From assembly GCA_964218365.1 (NCBI GenBank), contig CAXPMI010000031.1:9940-73939 (forward strand): a DNA stretch of 64,000 nt, in the 5' to 3' direction. The notes under the pieces are model-generated. The model was given only the letters and a program-made list of their open reading frames with translations, did no database searches and had not been told where the DNA came from. This DNA is from Candidatus Poseidoniaceae archaeon (GTDB lineage: Archaea; Thermoplasmatota; Poseidoniia; Poseidoniales; Poseidoniaceae). Positions 1 through 7,791 of this stretch are shown piece by piece. A program made the translations under genes and the position numbers. Every line of letters starts with the position of its first letter. Position 1 is the first letter of the stretch.

Positions 1-379
1 TAACTAGCCAGTTCGATGAACCTAGATTGTCGAGTATGAAAAGATTGTACTCTTCAACTATATCATACAGCAAAGTTCCAGTATGGTGCTTGAGTTGGAT
101 AATTGCCATTCCAGTCGACCGGTAATCGTTAGAATCATCTAGACGTGATTTAGGCAAATCATCGGTTAATGGATCGAATGAGCCAGACTCCAAGTGGATT
201 GTATAATCGAGATCTTTTAATGACGAATGGGATGTCTCAATCGGTTGTATTTCGTGCCAATTTGATGCAGCGATTTCACGTCCGCTAACTTCGACATCAA
301 TTGGATTGTCACTAGCGGTTGACAAAGGTGCAAGGAGAAGTATTGCGAGGATAATAACAGTCCTTCGCTGCGCCAACAT
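1..379 (-). CDS. N-terminal part (runs off window) of a secreted protein, probably the signal peptide and prodomain of an S8 subtilisin-like protease
   Basis: Hand-translated; not in the ORF track. ATG at 379, open to the window edge: MLAQRRTVIILAILLLAPLSTASDNP...IHLESGSFDPL...MAIIQL. Signal peptide is clear; GSFDPL...IIQL resembles prodomains of large S8 proteases. Catalytic domain not visible. Confidence 0.55.
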   Translation of the reverse strand, partial: MLAQRRTVIILAILLLAPLSTASDNPIDVEVSGREIAASNWHEIQPIETSHSSLKDLDYTIHLESGSFDPLTDDLPKSRLDDSNDYRSTGMAIIQLKHHTGTLLYDIVEEYNLFILDNLGSSNWLV

Positions 380-422
380 AAATATCCGGAATGCGCATGT
401 GTACTTGAATACAAGCCCCTGC

Positions 423-440
423 TGAGCCCTATAGGGCTCA
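423..440. repeat. Perfect 18-bp palindrome TGAGCCCTATAGGGCTCA overlapping the gap stop codon
   Basis: Read directly from the sequence; related palindromes at 13177, 32211, 38930 and 38954. Confidence 0.8.
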
Positions 441-1472
441 TTCAAACATTGATGCAATTGCTTCATCTGTTTTCTGAACTGATACACGCCAATCTGATTC
501 TGTACCCATCAGTGCGCGTATGGCATCAATGTTCTCTGGGATGACATCAGACTCTTGATGAATTGCTTGGAAATAATACAGGTTATTCCCAACCAACTTG
601 ACTCCATCTTCCCATACGAATATCTCATGCAGGTCGCCCCATGTTCTACCCATGTCACGAGCAAATTCCATGACTTCTGCAGTTGTTGTAATTCCAGTCT
701 CGGCACCATTCATTATTACAACACGTGGACAATTTGACCACATTTCTAGAACGCTATCTGTGTTCAAACCATGACCTTCTGGCAATGTAGCAACGATTGA
801 ATGCACGTGCATAATCGTGGTGGGAACAGCCACTGCTAGAGAGTTAATCTTAATCTCAGGTTTTACTGTCATTACATCAGGACCGTGATGACTAGGTACC
901 TTTAGAACAGGCTTGATAGCATTGATGGGCCCTTTCTTGGAATCACCAGGGTCTGCTGCTCTGCGTATCATCGTACACTCAACTGAAAGTTCACCACAAT
1001 GCTCGTACAATGGGACAAGTGTTCTAGACAAACCGGTTGTATTACATGAAACAACTCGCGTTCCCTCTACATTCATGTTTGCTGCATGGTTAGCACAAGA
1101 GGTGTAAGACATTCCTGTCATAGCGTGTTTTTCCCCGCCCTGGAAAATCCATTTAATTCCTGCAGATTGGTACTTTGCCTTATTCTCTGCGCCAAGTTTT
1201 CCGGGAGAACAGTCAATCACAATGTCTGCTACTGAAAGCAAATCAGAAAGACCGCCATGACATTCATATCCTGCACTTGCAAAGGCTGCAATTTTTTCCT
1301 CATCGTCAAAAGTACAATACAATGGATATCCCTTTCTTACCGCTAAGTCACAACCAAAAGCAGGACGAGTTTTTGTAACTCCAATGATTTCCATATCATC
1401 TTGGCAAGCGACTGCGTCGGCAACTCGCTTTCCAATTGTACCGTATCCGTTAATTGCAACCTTGATGGTCAT
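438..1472 (-). CDS. gap: Archaeal-type (type II) glyceraldehyde-3-phosphate dehydrogenase
   Basis: KVAINGYGTIGKRVADAV, catalytic VVSCNTTG, RRAADP, PSHHGPDV, QAIHQESDVIPENIDA. Start trimmed to MTIKV at 1472. Confidence 0.96.
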   Translation of the reverse strand: MTIKVAINGYGTIGKRVADAVACQDDMEIIGVTKTRPAFGCDLAVRKGYPLYCTFDDEEKIAAFASAGYECHGGLSDLLSVADIVIDCSPGKLGAENKAKYQSAGIKWIFQGGEKHAMTGMSYTSCANHAANMNVEGTRVVSCNTTGLSRTLVPLYEHCGELSVECTMIRRAADPGDSKKGPINAIKPVLKVPSHHGPDVMTVKPEIKINSLAVAVPTTIMHVHSIVATLPEGHGLNTDSVLEMWSNCPRVVIMNGAETGITTTAEVMEFARDMGRTWGDLHEIFVWEDGVKLVGNNLYYFQAIHQESDVIPENIDAIRALMGTESDWRVSVQKTDEAIASMFE

Positions 1473-1582
1473 GTCATTCCCTGTTGGGGGTGCCTTCGCG
1501 GAACTCTCATGAACCTTACTTCGCGAAAATACGGTCTTCAATAGGCAAACTGTTCATCAAATAGAACGCCTCCGGGTGGTTG

Positions 1583-3094
1583 ATGGCAACTGTTGAAGAG
1601 GTCGTTGCGAGTTCTATGAGTATTAACTCAAGATTACCCGCCCAGCTTGAAAAAGCACTTGAAAGAAACATAGTTCTTAGAATTGGGTGGACAACAAACG
1701 GCGACCCTGTTCCAAAAGATGGAGAAATGGGACTATGTCCAAATTTGCCTGCAGGATCAAAGGTGAGAAGTCTTGGTTATCTCGGACCGTTCACAGCAGC
1801 ATTTGGACAAGGTGGAACATTCACTCATCAAGGGGATGTTGGTTCTTTCCTAGGGGCCGGAAATAATGGAAATAAAATCACTTGTGAGAGAACTGCTGGC
1901 AATTGTGCAGGATTTGGCCAGCAAAGTGGTCGAATAACTATCCTCGATGGAACTGGAGATGATGCTGGTGCAAGAATGAGTGGAGGCTTGTTGGTGATAA
2001 GAGGAGATTCAGGAATCCGAATCGGAGGAGGAATGTCAGGAGGTGACATAGTTGTCCACGGAGATGTTGGCGGCGACCCAGGTGCCGGTATGACAGGAGG
2101 ACGAATTATCATCAATGGACGTTGCCCAACCCCACCTCCAGGAGTCACTCTTAGAACACTGGATAAAGATGAACTCAAGGAAATTAACAAGGAACTTGGT
2201 GATGACGAGTTACAAGTTCCTGCTGATGCTGTGTGCCTTGTGTCTGATGGCACTGTCGGTGAAGGAATTATGGCAGATTGTAGGGACGACCTTTCTGGAA
2301 TCTCAATCATTCCTATGACAACAAATCACAATCCGAGTTATTCTACATGTGACACAGTAGTGTTACTTGGCGAAGAGGATTCGCTCGCCCTTCCAATCCC
2401 CTTGCTTCCCTATGTTCCCAAGGGAGTTCAAGATGACTTGTTTCACCCTTGCCTTGTCAAGGAAAATCCTAGAGATTGCGACATAGTAATCATTGACTCC
2501 GACAACATTGCTAGCGCTGCGGAGTTAGTCAAATCATCAGCAGGATTTGCGATTGATTTGGACTCACTCCCAAGGCTAGATGGAGCGGCTGTAGATGGCC
2601 TACTTGTAGCGCTAAAATGTACTGCACCTGCAAATTCGAAAGTAATTCTAGTAAGAGGAGTAGGGCAAACTGCATCACTACACACAGACTCGCAACACCA
2701 CGGTGCAGATTGCGCAGTAAGCGTCCTCAATGATGGAAGTGGAATAAGTGCAGCAGCGTCCTTACCGATAGTAGGAAGATCTGCAGCAACCAATTTAGAA
2801 GACGGAACCATTGCATCAATTTGGATACCCTGGTCTGCAACAAGTGAGGATTTAGCTATCCTTTGTGCCTCAAACGTCGCTTTCACAATTTGCCCTGCAC
2901 CGGATGAGAACATTGCCGGATGGATCGCACAAGTCACATCCGGCTTGTCCGCTCATCTAAACAGGCTTGGCTTAGCCTCAATCGATTCACTGACAAGAGG
3001 TAATCTAAGAGCATTCGACCAGGATACTGCGGCTGTAAGTGGTCTTAGATTGGCTGGTTATGACAGGCCTTTACCACACTGGTTCGCAAGGTGA
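1583..3094 (+). CDS. Glutamate-synthase-related protein: N-terminal GXGXG (GltB3/FwdC-type) beta-helix fused to a degenerate FMN-binding (GltB2-like) domain
   Basis: Gly-rich repeats (GDDAGARMSGG, GIRIGGGMSGG, GGDPGAGMTGGRIIING); C-terminus LGLASIDSLTRGNLRA...AAVSGLRLAG resembles archaeal GltB2 ends. Confidence 0.7.
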   Translation: MATVEEVVASSMSINSRLPAQLEKALERNIVLRIGWTTNGDPVPKDGEMGLCPNLPAGSKVRSLGYLGPFTAAFGQGGTFTHQGDVGSFLGAGNNGNKITCERTAGNCAGFGQQSGRITILDGTGDDAGARMSGGLLVIRGDSGIRIGGGMSGGDIVVHGDVGGDPGAGMTGGRIIINGRCPTPPPGVTLRTLDKDELKEINKELGDDELQVPADAVCLVSDGTVGEGIMADCRDDLSGISIIPMTTNHNPSYSTCDTVVLLGEEDSLALPIPLLPYVPKGVQDDLFHPCLVKENPRDCDIVIIDSDNIASAAELVKSSAGFAIDLDSLPRLDGAAVDGLLVALKCTAPANSKVILVRGVGQTASLHTDSQHHGADCAVSVLNDGSGISAAASLPIVGRSAATNLEDGTIASIWIPWSATSEDLAILCASNVAFTICPAPDENIAGWIAQVTSGLSAHLNRLGLASIDSLTRGNLRAFDQDTAAVSGLRLAGYDRPLPHWFAR

Positions 3095-3098
3095 TAAT

Positions 3099-4766
3099 AT
3101 GCCAACGATTAGTGTAGAGCAATCCCTTCTCAGACATCTAGTCGAAGCGAAAGGAAGGAAGCACGATATCGATGACCTAGCATTTCGATTACCGCTCATG
3201 GGCACGGACATAGACAATTGCGATGAAAATAAATTGGATATTGAAATCTTCCCTGACAGGCCAGACTTACTTTCTCCTGAAACTCTATTCCATGGCATGA
3301 TGCCGTTTTTACATGACTCGCCATCAAACCCAAGACTAGCAGTTAACCCAGGTACAATTTCAATGACCGTTTCTCCAGAATTGGCAACAATAAGGCCTGT
3401 AATTCTTGGTGCTGTAGTGAGAGGAGTCGATATTAATGATGAAATCATCAAACGATTGATGGACCATCAAGAAAAGCTCCACTTTGCCCTAGGCAGAGGG
3501 AGGAAGAGAGCATCGATTGGTGTACATGACCTCTCAACAATATCTCCACCTTTCCGAGTTGAGGCCTCATCCAGGAACCTTTCATTCATACCATTGGCAA
3601 TGGATGAGGAAATGACAATTGATGAAATCTTAAAATCACATCCAAAAGGAGTTGATTATGCACATCTACTAGAAGGGATGGATAAAGTCCCCATAATTTA
3701 CGATTCAAATAATGCCGTATTGTCATTCCCACCAATTATCAATGGTGACCATACAACAGTGACTACGAATACACGTGATCTGTTCATTGATGTAACTGGG
3801 CTAGATTTTAGAGCCTGTGAATCAGCCCTAATGCTAGTTTGCTTACAACTATCCGTACTGGGGGGAAAAATCGAATCGGTCAGAGTTAAGACATGTGAAG
3901 GAAAAGAATGGAGTTTAGATGGCTCTCCTGTTAACCATGTAGTTGAGAGAAGTTTGGTCGAAGGAATCCTTGGTAACTCATTCACTGACGATGAAATTGA
4001 CAACGCAATCCGAAGGATGGGAGGAATATACAACGGTGATTCCCGAGGAAATCTCTCAATTTCTATGCCTAGGTGGAGATTTGACATACTTCACCCAATC
4101 GATTTGGTAGAAGAGGTCGCTATTGGACACGGTTATGATGATCTCGCATATGATGTTCCTAAAGCACCCCTAACTGCAATACCCCGTCAAGATGGTCATT
4201 TGCGACGTAGGATTAGAGAAGCTCTTCAAGGCCTTGGTCTAATTCAAATCCAATCTTTAACACTCTCGAATGACAAAGACCAGTTTGAAAACGTGAGATG
4301 GGTGGCGGATGGAGAAATTACTCGCATGACAAACCCAATCACCATTGAGCACACAATTCTAAGACAGAACATACTGCCGGGTTTGTTGAGACTTTTAGCG
4401 GCCAATCGCCATCATGAACTACCGCAAGGAGTGTATGAATTAGGAAGCGTTGTAATCAATCATGAAAATCGGGATAAATTCGCTTTCTTAGTCGCAGAAA
4501 ATTCAGGTGGCTTTGCATCCCTACGTGGTCGCATTCAATCTCTTATGCGAGACCTTGGTTGCAATGACTGGTCACTTGAAACCATAACGAACGGGCCATG
4601 GTTGGCTGGGAGAGCTGCCAAAATTATCGTCAATGGAACAGTTGTTGGTGAGTGTGGAGAGATTGATCCAAACGTTTCTGAAATGTTTGAATTGAATGTT
4701 CCAATGAGTGGCGCACAGTTTGATGTATCAATACTAGGTAGTGTATTGAGTGACCCGGTTCTTTAA
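3099..4766 (+). CDS. pheT: Phenylalanine--tRNA ligase beta subunit (archaeal type)
   Basis: MPTI start, PDRPDLLS, QEKLH...GRGRKRASIGVHD, SFPPIING, RFDILHPIDLVEEVAIGHGY. Confidence 0.96.
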   Translation: MPTISVEQSLLRHLVEAKGRKHDIDDLAFRLPLMGTDIDNCDENKLDIEIFPDRPDLLSPETLFHGMMPFLHDSPSNPRLAVNPGTISMTVSPELATIRPVILGAVVRGVDINDEIIKRLMDHQEKLHFALGRGRKRASIGVHDLSTISPPFRVEASSRNLSFIPLAMDEEMTIDEILKSHPKGVDYAHLLEGMDKVPIIYDSNNAVLSFPPIINGDHTTVTTNTRDLFIDVTGLDFRACESALMLVCLQLSVLGGKIESVRVKTCEGKEWSLDGSPVNHVVERSLVEGILGNSFTDDEIDNAIRRMGGIYNGDSRGNLSISMPRWRFDILHPIDLVEEVAIGHGYDDLAYDVPKAPLTAIPRQDGHLRRRIREALQGLGLIQIQSLTLSNDKDQFENVRWVADGEITRMTNPITIEHTILRQNILPGLLRLLAANRHHELPQGVYELGSVVINHENRDKFAFLVAENSGGFASLRGRIQSLMRDLGCNDWSLETITNGPWLAGRAAKIIVNGTVVGECGEIDPNVSEMFELNVPMSGAQFDVSILGSVLSDPVL

Positions 4767-5689
4767 CCAATTAGCAGTTCACTTTCGGAAATTGCAACAT
4801 TTACGGTTTCGTAGTAAACCATGATTTTGAAGCTGCATGGACCATCACAGAGATTGATTTGATTTTCAAACAACTGGATGGTTTCATTGGAATTCCAGTA
4901 GTCTTTTTCTTCGCTATCAGAAACTATCTTACAAGGAGAGGGGACCACTAGGTTTGGGTCGTCTAAAGCTGGAAAATTGGATTCCCCAATTGCTGCAATT
5001 TGCATAGTTGGATACCTGCTTTCATCATTATCATTGTAATAGGTCAGAAAGTTTACTTTGAATATCAATTCATCCTTAGTAAAGACATACACCCCTTCGT
5101 TTGGATTAACTCGATGTACCGACATATCGTATGTGTACCATTCTAATCTTTCAGAAGTATCATTGTTTAGATCTTCTGGAACCTCGCTAACATCAGACAA
5201 TTCTGCGCCTTCAATAAATGCCCAAGAAACCCCCTCTGAGAGATAGATGTCAGTAGATGAAAACTTCATCCAATAATCTGTTCCATTTGATTCCATCTGA
5301 CCTGGTAAGTCAAAATGAGTGTATGATTCAGAATCTGTCGCATCAATCTCTGTTGTAAATGTGAAACCGTCTGCACTTAACTTCGGAGTAACCTTACCGT
5401 CCATGCCTGTAGAGTTGGATTGTGCACCGAACGAACATCCATATGATGTTTCATCGATGATGAGATTAATCTCAAGTGATGACCATGAGAGGTCTTCGGC
5501 ATCTTCATCAAAACTCAGTTCGACGAGTATGTTGTCTTCTCGGTTATCACTCACTGAGTTTTCAGAATTTACTAGTATGACGTTTGATGTGCCTAGTTCT
5601 GACTCATATGTAGCGACCAAATAGGTCCAAACTGCCGCTGCAACAACAACCGTGACTGCTGCTGCAGCGGCTAGTTTTTTCCAATTCAT
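4763..5689 (-). CDS. Membrane-anchored protein with a central HmuY-like domain inside a pilin-like scaffold
   Basis: N-terminal hydrophobic helix; IDATDSESYTHFDL...WMKF...IYLSEGVS and WYTYDMSVHRVNP..VYVF...FKVNFLTYYN..ESRYPT match the HmuY pattern; flanks carry four Cys. Confidence 0.65.
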   Translation of the reverse strand: MNWKKLAAAAAVTVVVAAAVWTYLVATYESELGTSNVILVNSENSVSDNREDNILVELSFDEDAEDLSWSSLEINLIIDETSYGCSFGAQSNSTGMDGKVTPKLSADGFTFTTEIDATDSESYTHFDLPGQMESNGTDYWMKFSSTDIYLSEGVSWAFIEGAELSDVSEVPEDLNNDTSERLEWYTYDMSVHRVNPNEGVYVFTKDELIFKVNFLTYYNDNDESRYPTMQIAAIGESNFPALDDPNLVVPSPCKIVSDSEEKDYWNSNETIQLFENQINLCDGPCSFKIMVYYETVNVAISESELLIG

Positions 5690-5695
5690 ATGGTA

Positions 5696-7678
5696 TCACA
5701 GCTCGGTGTCTTGACGCTTTCTTGCGAACAGGACTGCACCTAGTGTTGCAAGAATTGCTGTTAATCCTAGGAAGCCAGGTGTATTATTGTCTTCCTTGTC
5801 ATCCTTGTCCTCATCGACTACTGCTGGTTCAGCTCCACCGTCTCCAACGATAATCTTTCCAAACATCTCTACTCCAATGTGTGGTTCACACGCATAGTAG
5901 AATGTGGTATCTTCATTAAAGGTATGATGGAAATCAACAGTCTTTGCAGCTGCACCGGAATATACTCCATTTTCCACGTAGGTCGTAGACTTCAATCCAG
6001 CGACTTCTTTGACATTGTGAGCCATAGATTCGTCAGTCCACTTCCAGCAAACTGTTTCACCAACTGCAATTGTTGCAGATGCTGGAGTGAATCCATATCC
6101 ATCCGATGTGATTCCGATTGTTGCTGCACAAACAACTTCTGGTTCTTCTGGCTCTGTAGGCTCTTCTGTTGGTGGTATTATCACCTTGTCGATCACGTGG
6201 ATGACACCGTTACTTGCTGGAACGTCTGCAAGCACTACTGTTGCTGCTTCTGCTCCAACTGTCACTACTCCCTCAGCAACGGTAACAGTTAGTTCATCTC
6301 CGTTTGCCGCTGTAACAGTATTAGCACCATCAACTAAGTCAGTTGATGCTATTTCTCCTGCCACGACGTGGTATAGAAGAATATCAGCAAGTGTTGCAAT
6401 TTCTTCATCTGTGGTGAAATCGGCTAGGTTGATTCCTGCTGCAGCGAATGCTTCGTCTGTTGGTGCGAATACTGTGTAGTTATCTTCACCGGAGAGGGTA
6501 TCTACCAATCCTGCAACACCAAGAGCAGCAACAAGTGATGTGTGGATAGATGTTGCTGCCGCTGTCATTGCGATGTTGACAGCTGCAGTCCACATGTAAG
6601 AGTCACACACTGCTTCACTTACGTTTGTTATTTGGTGAGTTACTGTGTTGTAGCATCCTGTGTAGGTTTGACCGTTCATTTCTGTGTTGTTTAGATACAT
6701 GTATCCTTCACATTCTGCTTGGTCTGCACCAGCAACGATTGTGTGGGTTTCCATGTTGTAACAGATTTCCCCTTCTGCTACTTCTGGTGGCATTAGCACC
6801 TTGTCGATAACGTGGATCACACCATTACTTGCTACGACGTCTGCTTGTGTTACAGATGCGTCATTAACAATCACGCCGCCTGGAGTAACTCCAACTCTTA
6901 CCTGCTGTTGATTAAGCATGGTTACGAATAGACCATCACTTAGGTCACCGGACAGCACAGCGCCAATGGTGACGTGATAAGCAAGAATGTTACTTAGAGC
7001 AGCAATGCCATCCTCATCTGTAAAGTCAGAGAGGTTTATTCCTGCGTCGATGAATGCTTGGTCAGTTGGTGCAAATATTGTGTATGGCCCGTCATCAGAT
7101 AGAGGATATAGTAGGCCTGCTTGAATGATTGCGTCAACCAAGACATCGTGCACACCAGTGCTAGATGCAATTGTTGGAATGTCACCGGGGCCGTCTTCGG
7201 GAGGCATCAGAACCTTATCGATGACGTGGATTACTCCGTTGCTAGAAACAACGTCTGCTAGTGTAACAGTGGCGTCGTTTACCGTGACATCATCGCCAAC
7301 TCCAATAGAAACATTGTCACCATTTAGAGTTTCAACACTCATTCCGTCTGTTAGCGCTGAGGACAGCACTTCACCAGAGACAACGTGGTATGTCAGGATA
7401 TCGACTAAAGTCTGGTTTGCTTCATCGGTATCGAAGTCTGCCAAATCAATTCCTGCATCACTGAATGCCTGGTCTGTTGGTGCGAAAACTGTGAAAGGTC
7501 CGTCACCGGATAGTATGTCTACTAATTCAGCGTGGGCGAGTGCAGCGACCAAGGAATTGTGGTTGCCGGTTTCCGATGCATTTGTTGGTATGTCTTTGGT
7601 TTCATCTGCTGATACTGAAAGCGGTATAGCCGACAACAGCAGCAGGGCAATTAGTGTGGTTGCGAGTCTTCTCTGCAT
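5696..7678 (-). CDS. Surface protein: three fasciclin (FAS1) domains, a plastocyanin/halocyanin-type copper domain and a PGF-CTERM-like anchor
   Basis: Three T[VI]FAPTDxAF and NGVIHVIDKV repeats; HNV...YACEPHIGVEM gives His/Cys/His/Met type-1 Cu ligands; C-terminal TPGF-TM-RKR; start MQRR at 7678. Confidence 0.92.
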   Translation of the reverse strand: MQRRLATTLIALLLLSAIPLSVSADETKDIPTNASETGNHNSLVAALAHAELVDILSGDGPFTVFAPTDQAFSDAGIDLADFDTDEANQTLVDILTYHVVSGEVLSSALTDGMSVETLNGDNVSIGVGDDVTVNDATVTLADVVSSNGVIHVIDKVLMPPEDGPGDIPTIASSTGVHDVLVDAIIQAGLLYPLSDDGPYTIFAPTDQAFIDAGINLSDFTDEDGIAALSNILAYHVTIGAVLSGDLSDGLFVTMLNQQQVRVGVTPGGVIVNDASVTQADVVASNGVIHVIDKVLMPPEVAEGEICYNMETHTIVAGADQAECEGYMYLNNTEMNGQTYTGCYNTVTHQITNVSEAVCDSYMWTAAVNIAMTAAATSIHTSLVAALGVAGLVDTLSGEDNYTVFAPTDEAFAAAGINLADFTTDEEIATLADILLYHVVAGEIASTDLVDGANTVTAANGDELTVTVAEGVVTVGAEAATVVLADVPASNGVIHVIDKVIIPPTEEPTEPEEPEVVCAATIGITSDGYGFTPASATIAVGETVCWKWTDESMAHNVKEVAGLKSTTYVENGVYSGAAAKTVDFHHTFNEDTTFYYACEPHIGVEMFGKIIVGDGGAEPAVVDEDKDDKEDNNTPGFLGLTAILATLGAVLFARKRQDTEL

Positions 7679-7791
7679 TGCGCCGCAACGAATTGCATTA
7701 GTATATACCATTTTGTTTCGATACGCACAGAGAAACCGCAACACGTAGCATAAATGCGCTCCATTATTATGTATGAAGCCCTACAAAGCAT

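Noticed and set aside
217..441. 74-aa ORF in the track
   Set aside because: Overlaps, in another frame, the better ORF starting at 379 that has a signal peptide and a -30 box.
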